64,000 bases of DNA from Rickettsia typhi. Its GTDB lineage: Bacteria > Pseudomonadota > Alphaproteobacteria > Rickettsiales > Deianiraeaceae. Both the position numbers and the translations under genes were made by a program. The stretch is taken from assembly GCA_945889175.1 (NCBI GenBank), contig CAMDBF010000003.1, positions 223-64,222 of the forward strand, given 5' to 3'. Of this stretch, positions 1-9,554 are shown one piece after another (position 1 is the first letter of the stretch; each line of letters begins with the position of its first letter). The notes beneath the pieces were generated by a model that did not search any database, was not told where the DNA came from, and saw nothing but the letters and a program-made list of their open reading frames with translations.

Positions 1-140
1 ACATTCAATAGATTGTCAACAATGCTTGCACCTATTCCGCAACATTTTAAATCTTGATTGATTGTAATAAAATTATTAGAGCTAGTAGTAAAATGATTTA
101 CCAAGTTAAGTGTGGCACTTTTAAGGCTCTTTAAAAACAT
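1..140 (-). CDS. 5' end of an unidentified CDS running off the window start (partial)
   Basis: Reverse-strand ATG at 138-140 opens a stop-free frame to position 1 (MFLKSLKSATLNLVNHFTTSSNNFITINQDLKCCGIGASIVDNLLN...). Only about 46 codons are visible and no family was recognised. Confidence 0.25.
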   Translation of the reverse strand, partial: MFLKSLKSATLNLVNHFTTSSNNFITINQDLKCCGIGASIVDNLLN

Positions 141-299
141 AGCAAAATAGCAATAAATATTTTTCTATTTTGCAGTATAAAGTCTTAGTTGCAAGAAATA
201 ATATAAAATTAGATTTATTTTTTGACTTTTTATAAAAATGCTTTACACTCACTGGAGTCTTTAATTTGACTTATTGTAATATATTTTATTTTGATTTTT

Positions 300-1031
300 A
301 TGTCAGGATCCCACCATAATCCAATGGATCAATTTAAGATTAAAAAAATCTTTGAGTTTAATTTTGTTGGTCTTGATGTAAGTTTTACAAATTCATCCTT
401 ATTTGCATTAATAATTTTAATTGCATTTGCTGGATTTTTTCTACTTTCAACTCGCAAAAAAGCAATGATACCATCTAAGTCTCAAGTACTGTGCGAAGGT
501 GTCTATAACTTTATAGCAAAATTAGTTGGTGAAAATATTCCTCATGGCGGACTTAAATATATGCCTGTAGTGTTTAGTATTTTTGCTTTTATTTTATGTG
601 CAAATTTACTCGGAATGATTCCTTATACCTTTACCATTACAAGTCATATAGCAACAACCTTAATCATTGCAATGTTTGTATTTTTTGCAATAGTTATCAT
701 AGGGGTTTCAAATCAGGGCATTGCTTACTTCTCTCACTTTTGCCCTAAAGGGGTACCAATGTTTGTTGCCCCATTAGTTTTTATTGTTGAGCTATTCTCG
801 TTTCTTGTTAGACCTTTTGTTTTGGCACTTCGTCTTTCAGCTAATATGACCGCGGGACACACTGTCCTAAAGGTAATAGCTGGATTTGTTGCTCCGATGG
901 CTTTTTTTGGAATTGTTCCTCTTGTATTTCTTTCAGTTTTAACGGCCTTTGAGTTATTTATAGCGTTTTTGCAAGCTTATATATTTTCGCTTCTAAGCTG
1001 CATATATATAAGCGAGGCTGTATCTCATTAA
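300..1031 (+). CDS. atpB: F0F1 ATP synthase subunit a
   Basis: Polytopic membrane protein with the subunit-a signature 'LALRLSANMTAGH' and C-terminal 'FLQAYIFSLLSCIYISEA'. The ORF track starts at TTG 291; the first ATG is at 300. No atpE or atpF follows. Confidence 0.9.
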   Translation: MSGSHHNPMDQFKIKKIFEFNFVGLDVSFTNSSLFALIILIAFAGFFLLSTRKKAMIPSKSQVLCEGVYNFIAKLVGENIPHGGLKYMPVVFSIFAFILCANLLGMIPYTFTITSHIATTLIIAMFVFFAIVIIGVSNQGIAYFSHFCPKGVPMFVAPLVFIVELFSFLVRPFVLALRLSANMTAGHTVLKVIAGFVAPMAFFGIVPLVFLSVLTAFELFIAFLQAYIFSLLSCIYISEAVSH

Positions 1032-1045
1032 TACAATATAGTAGA

Positions 1046-1747
1046 ATGAAAAAAAAGCTAAATAAATGGCTTTACTGGATTGTAAAATCCACCATTGTCG
1101 TGTCAGCATTAATATACTTATATAAAACCGCCGAATTTAACCAAACAAGTATAACATTCAATATTTTAAATTACAAAGTCTACACAACATCTGGTTTTGT
1201 TTTGGCTTTTTTTGCAATTTTATTCTTCATTTTCATTAAAACTTTAGTTACAACCTTAAGGCTGAGATATATATTTAAAACAAAAAATGCTATAAATCTT
1301 TACAAAACTATAATCAAGCAAATTCGTAATCAAGATGATAAAAAACTACTATCAGAATATTTAAAAAAAATTGACAAAAGGGGATTTTTAAAAACCTTTA
1401 ATCAACATTTAAAAATTGAAAATATTCGTTATTACGATCTTTACATCAAAAATATTTCAGTTCAAAAACAATTAAAAATCGCTCTTGCTCTTTATAATAA
1501 AAATAAAACAAACTCTACCGCATGCTACATTTACTCTAAGGCTCTATTTGCAAATAGTGATTTTGCAAATGCTAAGGCGATACTAACTGACTTTATTGAT
1601 TATAAATCAATTTTAATCGAAAATGCAAAAACAATGTACCTTATGTCAAAGTTAATTATAGAATGCGAAAGTAAGCTATCAGAGAGCTTTGACTTTGTAC
1701 AAAAATACTTAGATTATATAGAAACATATGAGAAGAACGCTGGGTAG
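1046..1747 (+). CDS. hypothetical membrane protein (two N-terminal TM helices; possibly the N-terminal half of a HemY-like protein)
   Basis: 233-aa ORF with N-terminal hydrophobic segments (WLYWIVKSTIVVSALIYLY, GFVLAFFAILFFIFIKTLV) and a helical remainder. No motif was recognised with certainty. Confidence 0.4.
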   Translation: MKKKLNKWLYWIVKSTIVVSALIYLYKTAEFNQTSITFNILNYKVYTTSGFVLAFFAILFFIFIKTLVTTLRLRYIFKTKNAINLYKTIIKQIRNQDDKKLLSEYLKKIDKRGFLKTFNQHLKIENIRYYDLYIKNISVQKQLKIALALYNKNKTNSTACYIYSKALFANSDFANAKAILTDFIDYKSILIENAKTMYLMSKLIIECESKLSESFDFVQKYLDYIETYEKNAG

Positions 1748-2228
1748 TTTATTTAAAGGAGCCGTCTTTTATCACAAAAGGAAAAGGGATGAGCATAACG
1801 AAAAGCTAACTCAATACAAAACAAAAGAACAATTTATTTTTTTAAGTCAACATTACATTCTAGAGAGTTTTATTTTTATTTGCGAAAGTTTTAAAAATGG
1901 TTTTACTTTTGTAAAAAACAGAATTAACGAAATCAAGTTAGCTTCCAAAGATATTCTAAACTCCAATCTTAGGTGTGCAAAGGTTCAGTTAGAAAATGGT
2001 AATTTTTTCGACGCAGAACTTAGACTTAAAACTATCCTGATATTTAGCAAAAATAATTTTGATGCCCTTTTAATGCTGGCTTACCACTACTATAATATTG
2101 TAAAATACGATAAAAGTTTAAAATATTTAAATACAATTAAAGCTTCAAAGCAGCAAAATACTCCAGTGGAAGTTGATTACATGATTAATGATATTAAAGA
2201 AAAACAATCTGTAAAACGTGATTTTTAA
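1728..2228 (+). CDS. hypothetical TPR-like protein (possibly the C-terminal half of the preceding gene)
   Basis: 166-aa ORF overlapping the previous ORF by 20 nt in another frame. It has TPR-like helical repeats ('AELRLKTILIFSKNNFDALLMLAYHYYNIVKYDKSLKYL'). Confidence 0.35.
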   Translation: MRRTLGSLFKGAVFYHKRKRDEHNEKLTQYKTKEQFIFLSQHYILESFIFICESFKNGFTFVKNRINEIKLASKDILNSNLRCAKVQLENGNFFDAELRLKTILIFSKNNFDALLMLAYHYYNIVKYDKSLKYLNTIKASKQQNTPVEVDYMINDIKEKQSVKRDF

Positions 2229-2264
2229 TGAATATAGTATAAAAAAGTAAAGTAAAATTAAATA

Positions 2265-3254
2265 ATGACAAATAGAAAAAAATTGTATAACATATTTCAG
2301 TTCTTATTTAATATGTTACTTGGTATAAAAATGAAGATTTCAAGATATTCTATTGTAAACATTACTCTTTTTACAATCCTTTCTGTAACTTGGGGATTTA
2401 CTTGGCTTTGTGGCAAGTGGCAGATTAACAATGTGATAATACCAGAATTCGCAGTATTTTACAGGTTTATTATAGCATCCTTTACTATCTTTTTGTATCT
2501 TTTAATTTCGAAAAAATACAAAAAATTATTAATATCTAAAAAAGAATTTAGAATCGTGTTCATATACTCGGCATTTGCATTTTCAGCCAATTTTATATTA
2601 TTTTATTATGCAGCATTACATTTTGTAACAGGCTTTAGTGCCATAGTGTTTTCTTTTAGCATCATTCTTAGTTATGTTATAGGTAATTGGTTCTTTGATT
2701 TTAAAAATAAAATAGGGAAAAAACTTTATATATCAGCTGCACTAGGTATTATTGGACTAGTTTGTGTTATGTGGCCAAACTTACAAAACATCACCAATCA
2801 ATCAGGCGTCACTAAAGGGTTTTCTTTATGCTTAATTGCAACACTATCTTTTGTAATAGGATCCGTATTTTACGAGAGTAAAACAAAAATCATCAAATCA
2901 AACTTTATTATTATATTTTTTTGGTGCCTAGTTGTCGGTGCCTTTTGGTCGCTCACATTTGGTACAATCCACACACTTATTGATAACCGTGAGTTTGTAG
3001 TTATTCCTGTTATTAATAAATATTTCGTAATAACGCTTCTCTATCTAGCTATTCCATCGAGTGCCTTAGGTTACCTGTGTTTTACCGTTTTAATAAAAAG
3101 AATAGGCTCCGTAAAGGCATCTTACTCAAGCTTAATTTCACCGATTATCGCAATAGCTATGTCCTCTTCTTTCGAAAATTACAAAATAGGAATCTACACA
3201 TTTATAGGCGTGGCTTTTGTTACTTTAAGTAAGTTTATTATGTTTAAAAAATAA
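2265..3254 (+). CDS. EamA/DMT-family permease
   Basis: About 10 predicted TM helices in two similar halves, typical of the drug/metabolite transporter superfamily. An alternative ATG at 2331 (MKISRYS...) is plausible. Confidence 0.7.
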   Translation: MTNRKKLYNIFQFLFNMLLGIKMKISRYSIVNITLFTILSVTWGFTWLCGKWQINNVIIPEFAVFYRFIIASFTIFLYLLISKKYKKLLISKKEFRIVFIYSAFAFSANFILFYYAALHFVTGFSAIVFSFSIILSYVIGNWFFDFKNKIGKKLYISAALGIIGLVCVMWPNLQNITNQSGVTKGFSLCLIATLSFVIGSVFYESKTKIIKSNFIIIFFWCLVVGAFWSLTFGTIHTLIDNREFVVIPVINKYFVITLLYLAIPSSALGYLCFTVLIKRIGSVKASYSSLISPIIAIAMSSSFENYKIGIYTFIGVAFVTLSKFIMFKK

Positions 3255-3280
3255 ATTTTTTACCATTATTTTACTCACAT

Positions 3281-4213
3281 ATGGATATTAAACAAAAAAT
3301 CTTTGATTTAAAAGTTAAAAAAAATATCACCATCCTAGCTCACTATTATCAGGCCGAAGAAATTCAAGAGGTAGCTGATTTTATAGGAGACTCACTTGAA
3401 CTTTCGCGTATGGCTCAGTCAACAACATCAAAAATTATAGCTTTTTGTGGAGTCAAATTTATGGCCGAAACAGCAAAAATACTGAATCCTTCAAAAATAG
3501 TAATTCTACCAGATATCAACGCTGGATGCTCACTTGAACAATCTTGTAGGCCAAAAGAATTTGCAGCATTTAGGGAAAAGAATAAAGATGCAGTTGCAAT
3601 TACTTATATAAACTGCTCTGCTGAAATAAAAGCCCTTTCGGACATCATTTGTACATCCTCAAATGCTGAAAAAATAATAAATTCAATACCGCAGGATAGA
3701 CAAATAATATTCGCACCAGACAAAAATCTTGGAAAATATCTTGAGAAACAAACTGGACGCAAAATGATATTATGGGATGGGGCATGTATAGTGCACGAAA
3801 CATTTTCGGCAAAAGAACTTACAAAGCTAAAAGTGAGGCACCCACAAGCCTTAACAATGGCACACCCAGAATGTACCGAAAACCTATTAAGCGAAGCTGA
3901 CCATGTAGGTTCAACCTCTAGACTACTTTCTCTCGTATCTAGCCTAAAGGATGTTAAAAAATTTATTATATTAACCGAACCCGGTATATTATATAAAATG
4001 AAGCAAAGCAGACCAGATGCAACATTTATAACCGTTCCAGGGAGTCAAAAAGACAGTCCAGACTGCATCAATTGTAACAACTGTCCGTTTATGAAGCTTA
4101 ACACCCTAGAAGCCCTCTATAAATCAATGCTAAATCTAGAACCGCAAATTGATTTATCGCCAGAGCTTATCAGTGCAGCATCAAAATCTTTATTAAAAAT
4201 GCTTGAGATTTAG
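3281..4213 (+). CDS. nadA: quinolinate synthase
   Basis: N-terminus 'ILAHYYQAEEIQEVADFIGDSLELSRMA', then 'FCGVKFMAETAKIL' and 'MAHPEC', with a C-terminal Cys cluster. It is collinear with NadA. Confidence 0.9.
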   Translation: MDIKQKIFDLKVKKNITILAHYYQAEEIQEVADFIGDSLELSRMAQSTTSKIIAFCGVKFMAETAKILNPSKIVILPDINAGCSLEQSCRPKEFAAFREKNKDAVAITYINCSAEIKALSDIICTSSNAEKIINSIPQDRQIIFAPDKNLGKYLEKQTGRKMILWDGACIVHETFSAKELTKLKVRHPQALTMAHPECTENLLSEADHVGSTSRLLSLVSSLKDVKKFIILTEPGILYKMKQSRPDATFITVPGSQKDSPDCINCNNCPFMKLNTLEALYKSMLNLEPQIDLSPELISAASKSLLKMLEI

Positions 4214-4217
4214 TGTT

Positions 4218-5099
4218 TTATCTTTTGACAAAAACCATTCCAGGATTTTGCCTTTGAAGCTCCTCTTTAATGCAAACCTTCAAGCCACATCCACATACCT
4301 TACCTTTATCTTGCTCCTTGGCTTCGGTTTTTACATTCTCTTTAATTTTTTGCTTGCTCATGGTATCCGTGTTTTCACTTTTAATATTAAAGCCTTTGTC
4401 TAAATCATGCTCTTTGTTTGGACTTAGATTTTGCTTGGGTACTCTTTGAACCTCTGGCTCCTTAGCTTTAAACTCCTCTTTGTACTTCACTCTATCTTTT
4501 ACTACCTCGTGTTCTCTATCTTTTTGCCTCGATTCTTGATTGTATTTATTGCCCTCAACTGCCTTAAAAGCAACCATCTCATTTGTGATGCCATGCTTTA
4601 GTAAAATTTTAAAATGATCATAAAGACTTTTATTGCTTAAAATACTAGGGCCCTTAGCTAAGGCAAGGTCAGATATACATTTAATATTTAGCTTTAATTT
4701 TTTTACAAGATTGTACAAATGCCTTAATCTACCCCTTCCGTAAGAGCGGTACTCACTATTCAAAAAATTTGAGGAATTAAAAACATCCTCAAGTTCCGAT
4801 GGCAAATCATTTAAAAAGTTCAATGAGTATTCGTTACAAAACTCCCTTACAAACTCACTATCATTATTGAGTTGCCTTGCTAAAGGTACATCATTAAAAA
4901 TGGAGTATAAAAATGCAAATAAATTTTCCTGCCCGTCGTAACCATCGATAAGATCTAAAAGTTTTGCAATTTGTTTATTTTGTGCAAGTTTGCAAGCGAT
5001 CATGAAGTCCTCTTTTTTAAAATTTTCAAAAACATCAAGAGATTGGCTTGCTTGTTTTGGTATTTTGTAGGCAATATTCAGTTCTAAGTCTTTAATCAC
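4218..5099 (-). CDS. hypothetical protein (Lys/Glu-rich C-terminal half, C-terminal CGCG..C)
   Basis: 293-aa ORF overlapping the ybeY stop by 8 nt, suggesting translational coupling. No domain was recognised. Confidence 0.45.
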   Translation of the reverse strand: MIKDLELNIAYKIPKQASQSLDVFENFKKEDFMIACKLAQNKQIAKLLDLIDGYDGQENLFAFLYSIFNDVPLARQLNNDSEFVREFCNEYSLNFLNDLPSELEDVFNSSNFLNSEYRSYGRGRLRHLYNLVKKLKLNIKCISDLALAKGPSILSNKSLYDHFKILLKHGITNEMVAFKAVEGNKYNQESRQKDREHEVVKDRVKYKEEFKAKEPEVQRVPKQNLSPNKEHDLDKGFNIKSENTDTMSKQKIKENVKTEAKEQDKGKVCGCGLKVCIKEELQRQNPGMVFVKR

Positions 5100-5640
5100 A
5101 ATCGTTTTGCAAATAGGGGTTTAAAATAAAATATTTTTTAAGAATCTTAACCTCCAATGCCTCCATGGTAACGGCATCTTTTTCTTCAATATGATCGTAG
5201 CCAAGCAAGTGTAAAATGCCATGTAAAATAAGATGTCTTAAATGGTCGTAAAAATCTTTACCTTGATCGATAGCCTCTTTTGATATAGTTTGAAAAGCAC
5301 AAAAAATTTCTCCAAGATAAAAGCTACTTTTATTCTCGTTAATGCAGTATGAAAAAGACAGAACATTTGTAGAGCCTTCTTTTTTTCTGTAATTGTAATT
5401 AAGCTTTGACATAGCCTTGTCGTTAATAAAGCTAATTAAAATTTTAATATCGCAACCAAAATTCTTAAGTTCTATAAAAGATTTTTTTTCAAGTATTTGA
5501 TCGTAAAAATATATATTTTTTTTGCGTGATATTTTTAAAATTAAATTTAGTAATTCTGGATTTATAAAATTTTTAAATACCGATGAATTTAACTTGCTTT
5601 TCCAAAGATCATCTTCAATGTTAACACTAATTTTAAACAT
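5092..5640 (-). CDS. ybeY: rRNA maturation endoribonuclease YbeY
   Basis: Metal-binding motif 'HLILHGILHLLGYDH' (H-x3-H-x5-H) and the appropriate size. Confidence 0.85.
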   Translation of the reverse strand: MFKISVNIEDDLWKSKLNSSVFKNFINPELLNLILKISRKKNIYFYDQILEKKSFIELKNFGCDIKILISFINDKAMSKLNYNYRKKEGSTNVLSFSYCINENKSSFYLGEIFCAFQTISKEAIDQGKDFYDHLRHLILHGILHLLGYDHIEEKDAVTMEALEVKILKKYFILNPYLQNDCD

Positions 5641-5655
5641 AAGTTACATTTAATC

Positions 5656-7056
5656 TTAAGTATTTTTTAACAAGCTCTTAGCTCTTTGTATTTGCATTTT
5701 TACTTGAGATCTCGCAGTTCCACCGTAGCTTTTTTTAATGTCAACCGAATTTTCCAATCCAATAACTTTATATACCTCGTCGCTTATCCTAGGATCGATA
5801 AGATTAAAGTCCTCAAGGCTCAACTCCCAAAGATTTACTCCTTTTTGACTCGCTAACTTAACAAGAGAGCCAGTTGTATGGTGAGCCTCTCTAAATGGCA
5901 AGTTAAATGTTTTTACAAGGTAGTCAGCTATATCAGTTGCAACCGAATGCCCGAACATTGCTGCCTGCTGCATGTTTGCAACATTAACTTCAAAATCCAA
6001 AATCATTCCCTTAGTTGCCTTAAGGCATAAAGATATAGTGTCCAAGCTATCAAAAACAACCTCCTTATCCTCTTGCATGTCCTTAAAGTAAGCAAGAGCA
6101 AGACCCTTCATCGTTGTCATTAAAGATGTTAAGTTGCCAAACAACCTACCTGTTTTACCCCTTATAAGCTCAGCAGCATCTGGATTCTTTTTTTGTGGCA
6201 TCATCGAACTACCTGTCGAAAATTTATCACTAAATCTAATAAATCCAAAGCTTGAGTTTGACCAAATTACAAACTCCTCCATCATTCTCGACAAATGAAG
6301 ACCAACACTAGCTGCATTAAATAAAAAATCAATTGCAAAATCCCTGTCCGAGACTCCATCTATAGAGTTTGAAGTAGGCTCTAAAAAACCAAGCTCTGTT
6401 GCAGTCAAATGTCTATCGATATCATAAGATGTTCCAGTTACAGCTCCAGAACCAAGTGGACATGTTGTTATGTGCAAAAGCTGAGATTCAAACCTCTGCT
6501 TGTCCCTGTAAAGCATTTCAAAATAACATAGCAAGTGATGAGCTAAAACTGTTGGCTGAGCATTTTGTAAATGAGTATAGGCTGGCATAAAAATATCAAT
6601 ACTTTGCTCCGCTCTTAATGTTATGGTATTTAACAAATCGCTTAGCAAACATAAAACCTCTTTAACTGAATCTTTGACAAAAAGTTTGAAATCTGTTGCA
6701 ACCTGATCGTTACGAGACCTTGCGGTATGAAGTCTCTTTGCAGGTTCACCAATTAAATCATAGAGCCTTGATTCAATATTCATATGAATATCTTCAAGAG
6801 ATGTTTTAAACTCAAAATCACCATTTTCTATTTCTTGCTTGATTTGAATTAAGCCTTTTTGTATTTCGTTAAAATCTTGATTTGTTATAATGCTTTGTTT
6901 TGCTAACATTTTAGCATGTGCTATTGAACATTGAATATCTTGCTTATAAAGCCTTTTATCAAAGGAAATAGATTGGTTAATCTCAATCATTAAACCATCC
7001 TGTGTTTGACTAAATGCACCGCCCCAAGAGCTATTGATGTTATTTTTCATTTTCAT
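5656..7056 (-). CDS. argH: argininosuccinate lyase
   Basis: Fumarate-lyase superfamily signature 'GSSMMPQKKNPD', N-terminal 'WGGAFSQ' and 'TELGF'. Start moved to ATG 7056 (MKMKNN...) because the ORF-track extension overlaps murC. Confidence 0.9.
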   Translation of the reverse strand: MKMKNNINSSWGGAFSQTQDGLMIEINQSISFDKRLYKQDIQCSIAHAKMLAKQSIITNQDFNEIQKGLIQIKQEIENGDFEFKTSLEDIHMNIESRLYDLIGEPAKRLHTARSRNDQVATDFKLFVKDSVKEVLCLLSDLLNTITLRAEQSIDIFMPAYTHLQNAQPTVLAHHLLCYFEMLYRDKQRFESQLLHITTCPLGSGAVTGTSYDIDRHLTATELGFLEPTSNSIDGVSDRDFAIDFLFNAASVGLHLSRMMEEFVIWSNSSFGFIRFSDKFSTGSSMMPQKKNPDAAELIRGKTGRLFGNLTSLMTTMKGLALAYFKDMQEDKEVVFDSLDTISLCLKATKGMILDFEVNVANMQQAAMFGHSVATDIADYLVKTFNLPFREAHHTTGSLVKLASQKGVNLWELSLEDFNLIDPRISDEVYKVIGLENSVDIKKSYGGTARSQVKMQIQRAKSLLKNT

Positions 7057-8518
7057 TTGTATAAATTTTTTTAATTTCAGCCTCAAGATGTTTTGCGTAA
7101 TAAGAGGAAAGACCAGCCCCAATAAAAACTATAGCCGCTGTCTTGCAAGGCTCTAAATCATCCTTTACAATTTTATAAATTTCATTATAGAGATTTTGAT
7201 TCGAGGTTCCGCAAATAATGTGTCCATCACTATTTGTAGCTATGTCTTGATAGAGAGTTTCCTTTGTTATATTCGTAGTCAATCCACCAGCTACTCCAAA
7301 AATATCCATAATATAGACAAATTTAGAATTTTTAAATGTCTCAATAAAATCTTGATAGACCGAGGCTAATCTTGTGTATTTATGAGGTTCAAAAACAATT
7401 AACACCTTATCCCAATTCTTTTGAGAGTTAAGCGAGTCTATTACCGCCTTAATCTTTGCTGGATTGTGAGCGTAGTCGTCAATAATATCTATGTTTTTAA
7501 ATTTACCAACTGGCATAAATCTTTTGTCTATTCCCTTAAAACCTTCAAACATGTTAGGGTGAAAAAGATCTGCTTTTTTACCATTAAGAATAAAGGCAAG
7601 AGCGAAGGCACCAGTAAGATTAAATATGTTGTATTCACAAAAAGAAGGAAATTTGAAATTTTTAACAACAATCTCACCCTTAAAACAAATATCCAAAATA
7701 GTATCTAAGCCCCTATGGTTAATATTTGATGGAAAAAAATCTGCTTCTGTTTTGTTTAAAGAGTAGGAAAAAATATTTTCACGAAACTCTGTAAATTCGG
7801 CATCTTCTCTTAAGCTAAAAAAGAGCTTGTGGCTTGCTTCGGTATCTATTCCAATAACCAAGTAACCATTTTGTAGAATAATTTTTTTTGCAAAATTTTT
7901 AAACGATTTTTTCAATAAATCAAAAGAGTCATTATAAAACTCAAGATGGTCTTTGTCGATATTTGTAATAATGCCATGATTGAGCAGCATTTTTTCAAAG
8001 CTCGCATCGGATTCGTCGGTCTCGTAGACGGCGTACTCAGAATCTCTTTCAAAAGAATTTCCACTCATCTCACCATCCCGAACTGAAGAGCCTAAAAATA
8101 AAGATGGCTTTAATTTTAGGGCAGTAAGGAACTTCCATAAATAAGCCGTAGTTGTAGTTTTACCGTTTGAACCAGCAACGCCGATATTAACTTTATAAAA
8201 TTGAGAGAGATAATTGAGTACCTCGTACCTTTCAATGATAGGAATGTTTCTAGTCCTAGCTTCTATAAGTTCTGGATTTTCATATGGAACCGTTGATGTT
8301 TTAACTACAACCTCAGTATCCAATGGTAGATTTTGCGATTTGTGACCATAGTTAACTAACATACCTTCATTTTGCAAAGACTTTGTTAAATCGGTGGAAG
8401 ATGTATCGGAGCCGCTAACTTTATAACCCCTTGCGAATAAAGCTCTCGCAAGACCAGACATACTTATACCACCAATGCCTATAAAGTGAAATTGTTTTGC
8501 AATCTTAATATCCTGCAT
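7040..8518 (-). CDS. murC: UDP-N-acetylmuramate--L-alanine ligase
   Basis: 'HFIGIGGISMSGLARAL' N-terminal Rossmann motif, 'GVAGSNGKTTTTA' P-loop and 'IDDYAHNP'. Confidence 0.9.
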   Translation of the reverse strand: MQDIKIAKQFHFIGIGGISMSGLARALFARGYKVSGSDTSSTDLTKSLQNEGMLVNYGHKSQNLPLDTEVVVKTSTVPYENPELIEARTRNIPIIERYEVLNYLSQFYKVNIGVAGSNGKTTTTAYLWKFLTALKLKPSLFLGSSVRDGEMSGNSFERDSEYAVYETDESDASFEKMLLNHGIITNIDKDHLEFYNDSFDLLKKSFKNFAKKIILQNGYLVIGIDTEASHKLFFSLREDAEFTEFRENIFSYSLNKTEADFFPSNINHRGLDTILDICFKGEIVVKNFKFPSFCEYNIFNLTGAFALAFILNGKKADLFHPNMFEGFKGIDKRFMPVGKFKNIDIIDDYAHNPAKIKAVIDSLNSQKNWDKVLIVFEPHKYTRLASVYQDFIETFKNSKFVYIMDIFGVAGGLTTNITKETLYQDIATNSDGHIICGTSNQNLYNEIYKIVKDDLEPCKTAAIVFIGAGLSSYYAKHLEAEIKKIYTNENEK

Positions 8519-8535
8519 GACTCAATTATAGAAAA

Positions 8536-9135
8536 TTAAAAATAAAGTTTTGCGTGTTTTTTGAAATACGGTATTTGTAAAGCAAAAAAAAGCATCATCA
8601 ATGGCATGGCAACAAAAACCTTATAATCTACCCACACTTGGGTTGAAAAATTACGCCAACAAAACTCGTTAACAACAGCCATAAAAACAAACATAAAGAA
8701 TAATCTTTTGTCAATTTTTAACCAAAATTCATCTGCCATTTCAACCTTGCCATCAAAAATAGTTTTAACAAAAGACTTCTTTTTAACAAGACAAAAAATG
8801 TAAATAAAAATTGCACAAGATGAATTAATAATTGTAATTTTTATTTTAATAAAATTTGGATTATTAAAAACAATTGTCAAAGAGGCGAAAAGAACAACTA
8901 TAAGAGAGGAATAGAAGTTTAATTTGTTAATTTTTATTCCGCAAAGTTTCGACACTATTAAGCTTGCAAATGTAGCAATACCAAGAATCATGCTGGCAAA
9001 AATAATTGGTTCTTTATCTGCAAAAAATCCAGTTGTTGGGTAGAATTTAAAAGATATAAAAAATAATAATAATGGTACAAAATCTAAAGCTAGCTGAACA
9101 ATGGCAGAGGAAGGGTTTTGATTATTTTTTTGCAT
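8536..9135 (-). CDS. yciB: intracellular septation protein A (YciB/IspZ family)
   Basis: Five-TM protein with 'LDFVPLLLFF', 'FIKIKITII' and 'VWVDYKVF', matching the remembered E. coli YciB blocks (DFLPLVVFF, FIKWKVTVI, IWVNFKVF). Confidence 0.75.
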   Translation of the reverse strand: MQKNNQNPSSAIVQLALDFVPLLLFFISFKFYPTTGFFADKEPIIFASMILGIATFASLIVSKLCGIKINKLNFYSSLIVVLFASLTIVFNNPNFIKIKITIINSSCAIFIYIFCLVKKKSFVKTIFDGKVEMADEFWLKIDKRLFFMFVFMAVVNEFCWRNFSTQVWVDYKVFVAMPLMMLFFALQIPYFKKHAKLYF

Positions 9136-9136
9136 T

Positions 9137-9553
9137 TTATTTTACATAATTAACAGTTTTTTTTACTAAACTCAGTAAGTCTTCAAGATGCTTAATTACA
9201 TAATCATCTTGATCGTTAGATTTTACGGCAATCTGAGATTCCAAAACCTTTGTAGCAATCTCGTCCTCAATAGTAACCTGCTGCGCTTTTGAATGATCTA
9301 TTGCATCCTTATTCATATCATTTGTTTTTCCAATCGTTTTTAACCTATCCTGCATTATAAATATTTCGTGAATAAGCTCAATTGCAGTACTTAGAAGGAT
9401 ATATTCGTTTGATTGAGTTTTTAGTCCGTTAGTTGAAATTGTAAAATTAACTCTTTTATTAAGCTCGTTTGCAAGGTTTCTTACGGTATTTTGAATGCTA
9501 ATATCTTCTGGACATGGTATATCGTATATACCCCTTCCTACTGCAACCTTCAT
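9137..9553 (-). CDS. ZapA-like cell-division protein
   Basis: Small soluble protein. The N-terminus 'VAVGRGIYDIPCPEDISIQNTVRNLANELNKRV' resembles the ZapA core and is followed by a coiled-coil tail. Confidence 0.45.
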   Translation of the reverse strand: MKVAVGRGIYDIPCPEDISIQNTVRNLANELNKRVNFTISTNGLKTQSNEYILLSTAIELIHEIFIMQDRLKTIGKTNDMNKDAIDHSKAQQVTIEDEIATKVLESQIAVKSNDQDDYVIKHLEDLLSLVKKTVNYVK

Positions 9554-9554
9554 G

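Noticed and set aside
4203-4403. 66-aa plus-strand ORF overlapping the nadA end and the 4218-5099 minus-strand gene
   Set aside because: It is short and fully overlapped by a longer ORF that is translationally coupled to ybeY. It has no motif.
7057-7122. N-terminal extensions given by the ORF track for argH (to 7122), groEL (to 33679), dnaK (to 25768), the SIR2-like gene (GTG 31889), murF (44051) and the TauE-like gene (38491)
   Set aside because: The extensions overlap neighbouring genes or a hairpin and add hydrophobic or odd residues ahead of the conserved family N-terminus. Internal ATGs give canonical N-termini.
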